A DNA stretch of 61,185 nt, the filler included, from Sphacelaria rigidula (Eukaryota): assembly GCA_964200075.2 (NCBI GenBank). It is 8 parts of 8 records of this genome, joined end to end, with 100 filler letters (N's around TTAATTAATTAA, not from the genome) between each part and the next. Parts side by side here need not be neighbours in the genome. Positions count along the whole stretch, not along the records: positions 7,662 to 15,222 come from CAXNAA020014328.1; positions 15,323 to 22,883 come from CAXNAA020014329.1; positions 22,984 to 30,544 come from CAXNAA020014330.1; 5 more parts are not named here. The stretch is one strand, 5' to 3'. A program made the translations under genes and the position numbers. Positions 11,620-25,934 of the stretch are shown piece after piece. A model generated the notes under the pieces. That model was not told the DNA's origin and ran no database searches. It was given only the letters and a program-made list of their open reading frames with translations. How positions within the stretch are numbered: position 1 is the stretch's first letter; each line of letters opens with the position of its first letter.

Positions 11620-13608
11620 CACACGTGAACAGATAGCACTCTGTGGGGCACGTCTACAAGGTTCAGGGAAACTATGCAGTGTTTATCGCGGGGATTCGGC
11701 TGTAGGGTGCTGTAATGAGCCACACCGTACGCTTCACAGGGTTTCAGGGAAACTGTGCAGTGTTTCTCGCGGGGATTAGGCTGTAGGGTATTTTTACGGA
11801 CATACAGTTTGCTCCACCTTACGCACTGGCAGAAAAAAACGGTGGAAATATGATAAAGGTGGTTATTGAACTCACGCTTTTATGAACGAGAGAATAGCAC
11901 ACTGAACATTGAACCACCTACGATTAGTGATTGACCTGCCTTAAAATTTTGTGCTCCTAATGGATATATCAAGCAAACCCTCCATAAACGGAAGTATGAT
12001 TCATTCGCTGAGCATGTGATTTTTAAATTGGTTACCTCTTGGGAAATTTGGGGAGAATGTATATTCTCTCCACGGAGGGTGTAAGTTTACCTCTAGAGTG
12101 GACCCCAGTAATCTTGTACTTGTATATATTCTAGTAACGACTATGACCCGAGATCGATCGAATAACATGCGATTGAGAATTTAAATAGCCCGCCGCATGC
12201 AACAAAACCTGTTCGATCCCGGGTATACCGCACAACTCTGCTATACTGCAACAAAGAGCACGAGAAATACTCTGCCGTGGTTGGGTATGATGTATTTCTT
12301 CTTGATGCATGGAAACTTGAGTATCTTCTTTCATGATCACGGCATCGCACGGCGATAGATCGAACCACGCGGGGTATGTATAGTAGCCCCGCGGGGAGCA
12401 TAACGGGCGGCTTATATTGCATAGATACACGCATTAACCATCGTGTATGCATGGGCGCAGGCAGTACAAAGCTGCACGTTGTTTGAGTCTTTTCACGTCG
12501 CAGCATAGGTAGAGAACATATATGGTCCTGTGCTGTCTGTACTGTACTTTCCCCGCTTCCTTTTCACGCCCTACTTACGTACTGCAGTTATGTAAACTAT
12601 AGTTCCTGACGGTATATCACACTCCTATATATGAAAATATAAGCTGCAGTATCCACATTGCAATGCCATACGTGGCGCATATGCCGCGCTCACTCTGCAG
12701 TATATAGCACCTGACGTATAAGCACGGTATGACACTGTCCTGCACGCCATGGCATGCATGTACAGTCCAGTATACAGTTTATTGTTACGGGCATATATAT
12801 ATATATATATATATCCCCACAGCAAAGTATATATATAGCTCTATACAGGATCGTATATAGACCACGATGAGATTTTTTCGCGTTTACATGATGGTAGTTT
12901 GTTTTGGTAGACTTCGGGCGACTGGGTTTCTATGAGCCATCTGCATACATCTGCGAGGTATATACCGTTTTTTCTTTATTATACCACTACTGCAGCTGAA
13001 GTATTGCTTTGGAGCACAGGCGTGTGGACGTTAGTATACAGCGAAAGCTGTTGAGGATTTTATCTTTCAGCCCAATTGATTCATGAACTGGGGGGCAAGA
13101 GGATGGATTATTTTCAACAGTTTTTGTGCATCTCGAATCCCATCCGCTGATTACGGTGCAGTGTGTGGAACTTGCACAGCTGAGGCTGTTCGCAATAGGT
13201 TCCCCTGTTGCCCAATTTCGGGACGAATTGGCGGGCAAAGTAAGAATATATTCCGAGCAGCTTCTCCTGTTCAAATTCCAAATCTGCCAGGTATATGGGA
13301 TTTGTACAGCAAAAGAAGCTGTTCGAAATATATTTTTGTGTGCCCAATTAAATTGGGCAAAAAAGGGTTTATTTCGAACAGCTTCTCTAAATAAATAATT
13401 CTACAGATTTTGCAACAAAATAATTAGGAATTTTCAAGTTGGGAGTGTCTTTCCACAGGGACAGGGTTGCTTACAACGTGTCGAGAAAAACGCTATAGAA
13501 AATGCTGGTAGAGGCACTAGGGTTTGCAAATGCCGTACAGGGGTTCCCAAAAAGACTCTGAAGAGCTCTGTGCAGCATGTCCTACAGGGTGCTATCTGTC
13601 CACGTGTG
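11620..13608. mobile_element. ~2-kb TIR element (CACACGTG termini) inserted into the tandem array
   Basis: Left CACACGTGAACAGATAGCACTCTGT vs reverse complement of the right end CACACGTGGACAGATAGCACCCTGT. The host array resumes at 13609. No clear TSD and no transposase ORF. Confidence 0.75.
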
Positions 13609-14495
13609 ATAGTCTACGGCGACGGAAGCTGGAGATACAGGATCAGGTGGGTGCACTCATAGCGCTGGAAAGGGACACCTGCCATTATTTCCGGACCATC
13701 GATGCTCTCCCGACACAGTACTGTCTTGATTTGGCTCACACACACATATCCAGGCGCTTGTTCTTTCCCTCCTTTGGAACGGCCTCGAGAAAACGTCATG
13801 TGCCCCGATACGGAGCTCACGAAGCGATGCTCATAGGCGGACGGCATCGAATCCAGCCGATGCGAACAGCAAACGTCACACCGTCAGCATGAGTGCGGTA
13901 CGTCGTGTGTCAACACACAGAGTTCACGACGACAAAAAGCTGGGGACATCGGATTGAGTCGATGCGCCCATAGCGCTTGAAACAAGCACCCACCAACACT
14001 CCCGGACCATCGATGCTACCCAAACGACACATTCACTTCAGGACAGAGTACATTTCTAGATTCTCTCACACACTCATGTCGAGGCGCCGGTACCTTCGCT
14101 CGGGTCGGCTTCGTGAAAACATCGTGCGCCCCGATAGGGAGCACACGAAACAGTGCTCACAGACTGAAGGCATCGAATCCAGTCGACCAGAATAGCGCGC
14201 TTCAGACCTCGCAGTACTAGTGCAGTACGTGTCAACACACTTAGTTCATAGCGATAGGAGTTGGGGACATCGGACCGAGTCGATGTACCCGTAGCGCTGG
14301 AAAAAAATACAGCCTACGGTATCGAATCTAGTCGATAGAATGCGTCACACCTTGCAGCACGAGTGCGGCACTTCGTGTGTCTACCCACACAGCTTACGGC
14401 AACGAAAAGCTGGGGACATCGGATCGAGCCGATGCACCCATAGGGTTGGAAACAAACACCTACCCATACTCCCCGGTCATGGATGCTCTTCAAAC
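13609..14495 (+). repeat. Degenerate ~325-bp tandem array, right part
   Basis: Same anchors at ~13805 and 14131, and at ~13942, 14263, 14412. Confidence 0.8.
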
Positions 14496-15222
14496 CACAC
14501 AATCATGTTGGATCGCGGTGTAGTGGTAAAGGGTCAGTACGAGGATGAGCCAGCTCTTCGACTAGCTTTGCCCGGAGAGCTGGCTGGGGATACCGGCGCG
14601 TAACCCAGCCAGGGGTTGAGGGGATGCTTGTGTCCGTTCACGACGGTTACAAACATGCCTCCTTGCATCCAGTTGGGTCATTTTCCGAAAATAACTGAAT
14701 AGATGCGAAAATTCTTGTGTTTGACATTTTTTTAAATGTGCTCTTGAAGAGTCTAAGCGCAAGCTGAAGCCTGATTGAGTTTCACACTATTCAAAAAAAA
14801 AAATTACGCCTGTGATGAAGACGTCATGCTATCCGCTTGGATTGATTTACTGCTTTGGTGGATACCGCGCTTGGATGACGCTTGCCCTGTGCTGCATATA
14901 TCGGTGAGATCAATCTGATGGATCGACTCTACTGTGAAATATCGTACTGTATGTGAAAGGGAACGAATCGGTCTTGGGTCAAATTGCTGTTTGCTTGAAA
15001 TCAAGTTGCTGCATGCAAGGCTGATTTCTCGTTCAGACAAAGCCGCGTTCCCACAGCGTCTGTGCATGTGACCGACAAGCGTACGGCAATTTGTTCATAA
15101 TATGGTGTTTCCGACCGGGAATGCCGTTTCAATGATTTCCGCCTGGATATCTCCCTATTAACAGGGTTGCCAGAAAAATGAGAACGTATTTTGAAATGAG
15201 AATCAACCGCTCCCCGGGATTG

Positions 15223-15322
15223 NNNNNNNNNNNNNNNNNNNNNNNNNNNNNNNNNNNNNNNNNNNNTTAATTAATTAANNNNNNNNNNNNNNNNNNNNNN
15301 NNNNNNNNNNNNNNNNNNNNNN
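15223..15322. other. Artificial contig spacer
   Basis: 44N-TTAATTAATTAA-44N. Confidence 0.98.
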
Positions 15323-15809
15323 CGATAGGTGCTCCCGAGAGCAATCTATTGTTGACGGCAATGCCCATATTGGTAGATACCGAAAAATGCTTTGGCATTT
15401 TTGGCGGCAGAGGCTACCGATAGACGGCTCACCAAATCTATTGATGGATAGCTCACTTGATCTATTGATGACAGCGATGGCTATCGATGGATGTCTTACC
15501 AAACCTATTGATTACGGCAATGATTGTCGGTGGATGGCTCACCAAACCTATTGATTACGGCAATGGCTATCGATATATACAACCCAGAATCTATTGCGGT
15601 ACACCATTTCCATCGATGGCGAGGGATCTTCATCTATTGTAATTGCCATAGGCTATCGATCGACTATTGCAAGATCTGTTGTTCCTTGCAATGCATCTCA
15701 ATAGATGTCTTTCGCCATCTATCGTGTTCGATAATATATATCGATAGATTTTTGGCCGTGTCTATTGCTGAAGCAATGAACTATTATTGTGTTTTTTGTC
15801 CAGGGTGTG
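15323..15809. mobile_element. Right end of a longer member of the CACACCCTGGAC-TIR family
   Basis: Ends in TTGTCCAGGGTGTG like the MITEs at 20577 and 45033; internal CTATTGAT repeats; truncated by the contig start. Confidence 0.6.
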
Positions 15810-17519
15810 GTTACCACCGTCATGAAAACAAGACACGGCGGACTTAACGATGTCAGTCAGGGATGTGATCACAAATTTTACGGGTGCGTATGTGTAAAGT
15901 AGATACTCTCAACAGGTGCGTCCTCGGATAACTCCGACTCGAGTATTTGCACTACAGCGCACTGATCACCTAATCCGCAATTCGCTTGTGATAACGCCGA
16001 AACTTGGAGGATATGAAGACTGGAACTCCAACAAGGTGTCACATTCACAGCTGTAGCCGCGCAAGGCGCTGGGGGCCCGCTCTGCAATGAAGCGGTGAAT
16101 ATCAGCAGTGCCAGTGTTTTTTTCTAACACTTGCTGTCTGATCACGATAATACTGGGTACAATATCAGTGGGGCACTCAGGCCGCAACGGATCCTGCCGG
16201 CCTCATCATGAATCTTCGCCCAGTGATGGATGGACACTCGAATAAACCCGGCAAGGGGGCATGGTTTAGGCTCCGTTACATACCTGACGGTTGAGGGCTG
16301 AACGTTCCTGCTCCAAGTCGCTCGACAGGTCAAATTTTACCTACTCTCGCGTGACTAGTGCGTTCTGCTACGGACCCTTGCCGGCAACCCTGGTGAGGGG
16401 GCAATGTCCCCTTACAAACAGTACCACAGCTTCCGGACACATCCTGCTTACAGTCTGCTAGCCAGCAACGTGGTTGTTGTGTCACTATTCTAGCAGTATC
16501 AACTTAAAGTACAGTGCGGAGAAGTTTGCACGTGAGAATTTGGGCGATTGCCGCACTCCCACTTCGCCCATATTTTGCCGATTTTTTCACGATCTCACCG
16601 CGCATTGTATGCGGAAATGTACCACATCGTGGACAAGAGCTTTCTACCGTCAGTATACAATGTCAAAAAAGGCTACTGCAATTTGCGCAATAGTCGCTAC
16701 TGCACGCAGCACACCTTGAGGAGGTGTGTAGATATCTCCCCAGCGTGAAATGGTGAAGCCGGCCTTGGCGCCATAGCGGCTGTGTTACCATACAACGTCG
16801 CCCAATACACAGGCAGCCATTATAGTGGTGGCAGCCGTGGCGGCCTTTTACTCCTGCTTGCGCCACGCAGGGAAAAGGCACGCTTAGCTGCAACACGGGC
16901 AGCTGTGCAAGGTGTGGTATAGCGAGGGGTGGTATCCCACGTACACATGGGCTGCAGCACAAGCGTCTGCGTTCATGTTTTGGCGAACTGCACAAGACAG
17001 CAGGAAATCAATACAGCATACGGATGGGCTAAGGATGTAATGAGCTGCGGGGTGCTATGTCACCCTGCACCCTACCGTTGTGCAGTGAGCAGGTAGCACC
17101 CCCTAAGGCGTCACTGCTGCGGTTGTTACGCAGTCCCACACACGGACCGCAAGCAGTATATTATATATATATATATATACGCGGTTCCTTGCCGGCCTCC
17201 GGCCGGCAGCGGTCCCTTTTTTTTGCGGGTCACGCCTGACGCGTTATAAACAGCCAAGCTCTTGTGTTTTGTAGTACTTGGTGTTTTTGTGTTCCTGTTG
17301 AGGCTGAGAAAAGAGGACTATTTATTATGTAGAGCGGCAGCGGTGCACTTGCCGGTGCAAACGCTTCGAAACGCAAACCTGTTCTTTCTGTTATAGTCTC
17401 GCCTTTTTTTTTTGTATCGCGTATGTATTTTTTTTCTGGTGTAAAGAACTCTTACATAATCATGCGGCAATCGACGTAGAAATCCCCCCTGCGTGTGTTG
17501 TCACGTAATTGATGCACGT

Positions 17520-18300
17520 GATCACCCGACGGTAAATAAAATGGATCTGCCGGGATTCAAGCTCAACTCAACGCATTGCACCATCAACGAGAAACACAAA
17601 ACGCGTTTTGCCTAGATTTTCAGTGTACTCGGTGTTTTCTTGTGCAAACCTTGACCGTGCGTGTCCACTGCTCACAGGACCCGTCCCCTCACGCAATATC
17701 TCCGCTCTACTTCATTGGGTGTTTCATTGCCGTCGATACCCAACAGTGTAGTCAGCGCACATCGAAATGATGAAGCGAGCGGTCCAGCGAGGGCACGTAC
17801 AGTAACGCGCAACGAATCCGCGCATTGGACCCTTAGCATTAGGAATTTTACGCTTTTTTCGGCGGGGACGCGCGGGCAGCTTTTCACTGCGCATCTACTC
17901 AGCCTAATTCATCACATCTTGAACCCTTCGCCCGCGAGGGTAGGTGACCTGCTGAATCGGCATCAGTCTCACTTGAAAAAGCATGCGCGATTCAGATGGA
18001 CTACCCCCAACGCGGTCTGAGGGTTGAAACCCTCAAGCACATAGTGTCCCCGCCGGCGTGAATCATCCATAATGTTTTTTGTCATGTGGTTGATATATGT
18101 CATCACCCTACGGAAAACAGAATGGATCTGCTGAGGTTCAAGCTTACCCAACACATTGCACTAACGACAAACACAAAACATGTTCTGATCAGATTTTTTA
18201 CTATACTCAGTGTTGTGTTGTGCAAACCATTACCGTGCGTGTTCTCGGCTCACAGGACCCATCCCCTCACGCGAACACCAGCTCTGATTCATCGCTCCCT
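17520..18300 (+). repeat. Diverged direct repeat pair (~180 bp, ~580 bp apart)
   Basis: ATCACCC.ACGG.AAA.A.AATGGATCTGC ... GCTCACAGGACCC.TCCCCTCACGC at ~17521 and ~18102. Confidence 0.65.
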
Positions 18301-20576
18301 CACGTGGGACACCCGCTGTATTTTATTGTTGATGAAGGCATACAGGGTGTGAGAGCCGCGTTGTGATCAAATAGGCTTCAAGTAGAATTTGGGGGCGCTG
18401 GGGAAGGAGTTCATCTCTCGAGTGCAGGACTCAAAAAGTCAGTCATGGAGTTTTCCCTCCGATCAAGACTTCGTACATTCATCGTCAACGTGTATAGCCC
18501 ACGTGTTTCGTTGCCGCCGTAACCCACTGATATCGTCGGCGCACATCCAAGTGATGAAGCGTTTTTTCGAACGGTTGCGGACGCAAGTGTACACCCACAC
18601 CAAACTTATCACGAATCCGCGCACCGGACCCCTAGCACTGGCGTCCGCCCGGACAGTCATCCCCTGACGCGGGTGCAGCGGGATCTGCACACTCATTTCG
18701 GCATAAATCGCGTGGACACCTCCTTACGATAATTGCTGCGTGCTCATTCACCCTAAAGATCTTATGCATAACTACAAGCCGCCTGGCACCGGGGCTTCAC
18801 CCCGGTCCCGCCCGTCCTCTTCGAGGGGTCTCGGCATTCTTGCGTTGCCAACCCTCTCTCGCAAGTTTGATCTTGCATATAGAACGAAACACACGAAAAG
18901 TCCTCCAGAACTGCGGGTATGAATGATGAGCAAAAAAGATGATGGTCGAAGTCATGAGTATAACCGACATAATCTCAATAATGAAAATCAATATGATACA
19001 GCGAATGATGATATAACCATAAAGATAACAGTAGGTACCATCATGATAAAAAGTAATAATGATGCTGCAGTAATCGATCCAGAGATATCATGATGGGCGT
19101 GTTTCCCATACGTGAGCTCTGTTGCTTTGCGGGTATGAACTTCAAGCAAATGTTGATATGGAAAAGATTTTAGCTCACTTGAGCAGTTCTTCCCTTCGAG
19201 ACCGCGGGGTGTAGACTCATGGGAAGTCAGCCGTGCATGCAACATTACAGAGGATATGCCTACGGGTTTGACGCATGATCCGGCGTCTGTGACATGATGA
19301 ATGGGCATCGCCGTACTGTACCCCTGCTGTCTGTAGTACGCCGCAACGGGTGTACTGCAGCTCGTCAAGATTTTGGCGTAAGACCCGAATAGATCGCACA
19401 GCGTTACCTTGGAGCGCTCTACTGTACTACGCACTTTTTCTTGTGCGATGTTGTGAGACACTTGTTTGGTGTGGTGCATTCTGCAACAGCTCATCGGTTG
19501 TTCTGCAGGTGACAATTTTGCGATTATCAAAAGGGAAAGTATTTTTGTGCCGCTCCACAAACATCGAACATCTTACCCAGTGCCATACCGTTTTCCCTAT
19601 ATATCACTAACTCTGGGGGACACGGCTCCAAGTCTGCAGCTGCCCTATACGTGTTCTAAACAGACGGCCTCCCGACAATAGGCTTTGCGTGCAGTCATCA
19701 CTCTGTAACTATGACTCAACATCACCCTGAAGCACTGTACTGTACGATGTACTACCTCTTGTGTGATATCGTGACACGCGGGCTTGTGGTGTGCTGCACC
19801 AGGCTGTCATACACGTGGCAACTTTGATTCGCTTTCCGGTGTGCACGCGAAGAGATAGCTTCTCACTGGTTCAGTTGCGACCCGGCTCATGCTGTATAAA
19901 TAGAGCCGGTTTGGCGGCGGCTGTACCCACTGCATGCCTGTACCGTGGTTTGCACAAACGAGTGTGTCAAAGGGTATTGTATACCTACTCAAGGATGCCG
20001 TATCCTTAAATCATCTATTACCGAGTTGGCTGGTTGTCGACTACTGCACCCACGGCCTACCACTATACTCTGAAGCAAATGACATCAATTGCCCATCCAC
20101 TGTCCCCATTCGCGTTGGCACAATAGCAGAGCAGCACGTACGCGTTACCTTTTCTGCCTGTGCTTCTGTTCTGTACTGTCTGTAGCAGAAGTAAATACAT
20201 GGGCACGTGTTGATACCGCCACGGGACTCGACATAGTTCACAGTCAAATATACCGGGAACCCGGAACTTGCCGTCATTATCCTTAATCTCCGTCTGCATG
20301 CAGCCATCGTTCTTCATCTCTGCATTTTTTGGTGTTCGTGTCTCACTGCACGAGTGCTCGTGATTTTCTCGTGCTGTGCTATGAAGGGCGGATGACCTCT
20401 TCGAAAAAAACATACACCTCTTTCCATTAGCAACTTCAGCACGCGAGGCTCAGTACACGAAATCGCGGATGATCTCTCCATTTGGACCCCGGAATTTTGA
20501 TGGACAGGCAGTGGGCAAGGGCGAATAGAAGGATTAAGTTGATGACGTGTCCGTGTGAAATATTGTTGGATAAGTT

Positions 20577-20713
20577 CACACCCTGGACCAACGATTCTAT
20601 TTTAAAAAATGTACTGCTTACAGTATGGAATATATTGTCTGCTGCAATAGGAGCAATAGTCAATACTGCACACAGTACGCTTTCTGACAACGTATTATAC
20701 TGTCCAGGGTGTG
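20577..20713. mobile_element. 137-bp MITE, CACACCCTGGAC TIR
   Basis: CACACCCTGGAC ... GTCCAGGGTGTG; flanks GATAAGTT / GATAATTC resemble a decayed 8-bp TSD; relative of 45033-45169. Confidence 0.75.
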
Positions 20714-22804
20714 GATAATTCTTCGCGGAACGGTGATATTTTGCAGAGAACCTCGACCCACTGCATCGGCATGCGATCTGCATGCTACCGCGTTCTGCGC
20801 TCTGAAATTTGCCGGCATCGATTGCTCCCGGAACAATTTGAAAATGGTATGGGGATCAGATTAATTATGAGCTTAGTACAGGTGCAGTACAGGAAGAACA
20901 GTAAAGTGGTGGCAGCACAGCAGTGCGGTCCTTTGTGCACCTGATGAGAGGTACAATATCTCAAACTCAGCGTTTCTGTATGTTGAACAGCAACTGTACG
21001 GTTGATGGAAAATAGTTCAACCATGGTATGATTGTCTATGCGAAACGGTCTTGCAGCGCGCGATATGACCTACTAATATAGCTGCAGTCGGATATGCCGG
21101 AATCCTGGAGTTTGAAACAACGATGCGCACACGTGACCGCGCGCAGAACCGGCTCTCATGCCGACCAGACGCCGGTGCAGTTGAGCGAGCCTCTGCTCAA
21201 CAACAACATCGCAAGGACCGCATGTTCCTTCTGGACTCTCGGGCGGCCATGACCGCCCACCGAAATATTGCAGGACCAACCACCGCGATCACGCGTCCGT
21301 TCGAAGGGACCCGAACGCGAGCGTATGAACGTTCCGCTCACACCCACATTAAATGTAGCACGAAATGCGCGGACTGGATCCCTAGTATTGGCGTTCGCCC
21401 GAAGAGTCACCCCCCGGGGCAAGCGCGGAGGAACTTCCTCACAAAAATTAGCGTAAATCTTGTGGACGCCTCCCTACAGAGTATTTTTGGCGCTCGTGAG
21501 TCTGAAATATACTACATATACTGTAGTATACACATGAGTCAAGACCAGTGCGCATGGCATGGGGCCGGCATGTCGAGAACCCTGCGCCAACTTCGCCCTG
21601 TACTCCTGGATACGGACCTTTTTTCAGTAGCAATCACTTGCGATGTGTGCTGCGACGGATCTCGTGCGTGATGCGGCTTTCCCGTGAAGCCAGCTGCTCG
21701 TGCTGAAGAGCATCCCCTCTTCCCACGATGACCTCTTCCTCTGAGCACAAGATAATTGAAACCGCGGGACATGAGTCAATCTACTAGAACGTGCACATCC
21801 TGCAACGTCTTCAATGGAGATGCCTCCATGTTATGGGAAATGAACAACACTGGTACATAATTTATGCCTTACAATGTGCATGTAGTAAGTACTAGCTATG
21901 AGCCGTCACTTGAGGCCAAAGTTGTAATCACCCCAGTATATAGGACAATGTTTTGTTGGTAGTGGTTTCGACTTCACCCCTCATCATTCCTTCACGGCAA
22001 GGGCATATTACAGCAGCACTTGACTGTATTGGCAGCTTTGTGTCTTGGGCCATCGAGCGCAAGTTGAATTGCCTTTGCAGGCAGCGTGTGGATGGATATA
22101 TAACCTACTATGTGCACGGTGTGCGAGCATAGAAGATGTGACCGAAGCGACCGCTCGAAGCAACGTAAGAAGGGTGGCGGTTTCGCCGCACATGGTTATC
22201 CAAGCTTACTGGGCCTCCCTCGTACTTCCACTTGATGTACTTGATGCAGCAGCTATCACAGCATGCGCGCACTTGTTTGGAGTTTACATTCTGTCGGCCA
22301 GCCTTCGTATTCCAAAGCCAGGGAATCACTCTACAGTCGGCGTCGTGTACGGGCTGTGTGGGAGTATTCGGGCTGGCTAGGGCTAGTCTTGACGCCCGGG
22401 TATTTGTAAGGTTGTCCAGATTTTGTGGCATTGTCTTATTCACGGCATGGATGAAATCGCGTCGAACCTTTCAAAAAAAAATTCTGATCATCTGCAAGTC
22501 ACGTGCATATCTGCAGTGTTCCACTGTACCATGTAGCGCAAGAGATTTTTACATTTGATGCCAACACGGCAGTATCCAGAACATAACGGCCTAGGCGTAG
22601 TTCGCGCTGAAGTCAAGTCTATTGAGATTTGAGCCACTTTTTCCGACATGTTCTCGAACTTCGACCAAGGTATTTATTTGGCGAGGTTTATATAAACTTG
22701 CCAAACCCTTCGCAATAAAACGCTGATGTTCCCAAGGTCATCCACCCCGCCTTGGCAGCGTAGGATGTATTATGAGAGTAGTAGTCTCTCGCGCTGGTCG
22801 CCGC

Positions 22805-22883
22805 GGGGGGCGGGGGGGGGGGGGGGGGAGGGTGTGGTCTTGGTCTTGAGGGTGGTGGTCATGTGACCATTGATTTTGCGGGA
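22805..22883 (-). mobile_element. 3' end of a putative C-tailed retroposon (third variant)
   Basis: Reverse complement reads TCAATGGTCACATGACC...ACACCCTCCCCCCC, sharing the TCAATGGTCA..GAC motif; truncated by the contig end. Confidence 0.45.
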
Positions 22884-22983
22884 NNNNNNNNNNNNNNNNN
22901 NNNNNNNNNNNNNNNNNNNNNNNNNNNTTAATTAATTAANNNNNNNNNNNNNNNNNNNNNNNNNNNNNNNNNNNNNNNNNNNN
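22884..22983. other. Artificial contig spacer
   Basis: 44N-TTAATTAATTAA-44N. Confidence 0.98.
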
Positions 22984-23846
22984 CCTGCAATGGAGGGATG
23001 GGACTTCAACCTCATATTATGTTTCAACCCCAAAAATTAGGATCGGCTGTTAGCCGATCATCGAAATTGAGGATGAAGCTTTTCATTGAGGGCCTGTCTT
23101 GGCACCTTTTTTTTTTCGGTCTAAAAAGTGCGGTCGATTTTTTTGGCCGATCTCATGGGTCCACCGCATTTATGTTCCTTGAAGGCTTCAACTCAAAATA
23201 AGAATAAGCGGCGCGCGGAGAAGAATGCAACGAGGTAAAAAACGATCGTTTTCGATCGAAAACATGCCGTCGAAAGGAACGAAGTGGCACTTGACTCCTA
23301 TCTTACATACCACCACGCCAAATAACACCTGACATGAACTCCTCAACATACAACCATAAGAACTCTCTGACACATGAACACAAGAGCTCCTTAGTTAGGA
23401 TGTAAACACAATAACTCCTCAGTCCACAAACGATAGACTCCTCGCTGTGATGCGTAAATATTAGAGAGTTTCAGGTAACACTTTTTTGTCATTTCAGAGT
23501 GCAAATATCTCAGGATCAGAGTGCAGAATAAAAAACAGCATCTCATCGAAAAAAAGTTGAGGGGATACCACATTTGATGGTGGGGAAAATAATTTTTCGT
23601 TACACTCTGATCCTGAGATATTTGCACTCTGAAATGGCAAACAGGCGTTTTCCGAAACTCTCTATTATCAAATGCAGCAGGGGAAAACGGCCCAATCAAA
23701 ATCATGGAAATATGAAGCATAATCTCCGCATCAGTCTGGCTCGTCTCTGTAGTTCTATTCATCACGACATCTATAAGGCACTGGTTCAAGTATCTCGTAC
23801 AAGCATTAAGATAATCACAACCAACTCTACCCAATACTTAGGTAGA

Positions 23847-24930
23847 GGCGCCATCCGCAGTGAACGGCCACGTTTTTTCCAGGGGGGGGGATGGAAACAA
23901 AGCATCCCCGGCTAAGGTCTCACAATTTTATGGTAGTACACTTTGAGCATAATTTTGACATGCACCGAAAAAAAAAGGATTACGGCCGGGTTTCATCTAG
24001 TTTTAGGTTTATCCCTAGGGAAATTGTGGAAAGCGCGGAAAGCGGGAATGGTTGGGAAATATCCCCGTTTTGAAAACAATGTCCGATTAAATTGAAATTT
24101 TCAGAGTGGCTCAATTTTTGGGCGCAGATCACGAATCCGCATGCAGATTTTCTCTCCTCGTTGTTGTTGCTGAGATACGGACAAATTTCGAGGGACAACA
24201 CCTGTCGCTGGAAAACGGTCAAGGTTACAAAAATATATTTTGCAGATCATGTCGAGATATCTCCCCTTAGTCTGAGAGCTCCGCGATTATCGACTGAATC
24301 AAAAGCAATCGTATACTGGCGTACCAACCAGAACGTCAGTGCAACAACCAGAGCCCAGTACAACCAACATGAGCCAACCGTTTACCTACAAGTCTGGCAA
24401 CAACTCTTCCTCCACCCCAAAGTTATCCCACAACTTCTTGGCGGTGATTTGATCGCTGTCTTGCCACTGGGTCCCGGTAACTCTAGACACCTTGCAATGT
24501 TTCGCCCGGGGCCGGAACTTGATCTCTTGAGCCTGCTCTACGCCTACGGGCGCTACACCGGTCACCATCACCACCGTTTCTTTCACTTCACGCTTGACAA
24601 CTTGCGGGGCTGGCTACCGCCAGCCCAGCTGAAGTCTCACTCATGATGAGCCTCTGCACAACGGAGTTTTTTGCTGAGCAGTATTCTGAGTGGCTATAGC
24701 TCCCTAAATCGACCAAGCGGAGTCGATTCCCGGGATAAACGAAAAAAAAAAGTTCGGGAATGCGGCGACAAAAAAAGTTCGGGCGAGGTTCGGACCCTCC
24801 TGAACAATTTTTTTTTCCCGTTCACGTCTTCAAACGACGGCAATGGGTGTTATCAAACGCAAGAAAAAACGGTTTTAAATTTGTTTTTTGGCGTGTGCAG
24901 GGCCAATGTCCCTTTACCGTGGATGGCGCC
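23847..24930. mobile_element. 1084-bp non-autonomous TIR element with 4-bp TSD TAGA
   Basis: TAGA|GGCGCCATCCGCAGTGAA ... TTTACCGTGGATGGCGCC|TAGA. It splits a short tandem repeat of the C.AACTCTACCCAAT..TT.GGT.GAG type (23821 and 24988-25105). Confidence 0.8.
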
Positions 24931-25263
24931 TAGAGTATAGAGGGCATAAAGCCAAGTGATACTCTATACCCGGGTATTGGCATCAAACCTAACTCTACCC
25001 AATGTTTGGGTGGAGTATTGACATCATACCCAACACCACCCAAGTTTTGGGTATAGAAGAGTATTGACACCATACCTAACCCTTCCCAATGTTTGGGTGG
25101 AGTCTTTCAGGTCGTGCCCGAGTTCGACTTCATGGTCGACGAGGGAAAGGGATCACTGAACCCTTCTCGCGATAAAAAATAAGACGAGCACCGCAGAAGG
25201 AAGGTGGAGAACTGACAAAAAAAACATGTGTGACTTGATAAACTGATAATCCCCCATACAACT

Positions 25264-25640
25264 GGTCGCCACGGTGGCTCAGTTGATAACCTCGGAACCT
25301 TCCGACGGTTGGGTCGTGGCTTCAAATCTCGGAGCGACCTGGGATTTTTCCTCACACCATGCTCAACAGTGGAGAGCGACAATGTCGTGGATACACAAAA
25401 TTCGACTTAACGGTCGACGAGGAAAAGGGACTGCTAAACTCCTCTCGCGATAAAAAATGAAGGCAAGCATCGCAGAAGGAAGGTGGAGTACTAGAAAAAA
25501 AAAGAAACTCCTGTGTTGACCTTCCTCCTGTGTGACCCCGGCTGATGCGCCCACATATACCGAAAGGTGTAGACCGGCGTCCAGAATAGATGGGACGATA
25601 ACACACACAACACACACCACGAAATGTATTGAGTGCAGTG
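25264..25640 (+). mobile_element. tRNA-derived SINE; the body of a second copy lies directly upstream (25107-25260)
   Basis: Head 25264-25339 has a GGTCGC/GCGACC acceptor-like stem, A box TGGCTCAGTTG and B box-like GCTTCAAATC. Body motif TTCGACTT.A.GGTCGACGAGG.AAAGGGA is present twice. 3' boundary approximate. Confidence 0.65.
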
Positions 25641-25934
25641 TCCAGAATAGATGGGATGACAAAAAACACACAAGTGATGCCGCGATACGAGTAGCCCACC
25701 CTCCCAAACCAGCCCCAAACTTGTCAACGAAGAAAATGGTCATAGATCACATGATAGCTGGTTTTAAACGGCATCAATCACCTCATATGGGCGACACTGT
25801 GTCAATGATCCTGAGCGTAGGCCCGACTGCTCGGTGTGCTCGGCCTTCATCACTCTCTTGTCACAAGACCACGCTTATGCTGTACGCCCTCTCACAGTGA
25901 GCTACGTTTGTCCCTTACTGTAATATATACATAG

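Noticed and set aside
24386-24645. Coding-like interior of the 23847-24930 element as a transposase
   Set aside because: It is short, interrupted by stops, and has no recognisable DDE motif
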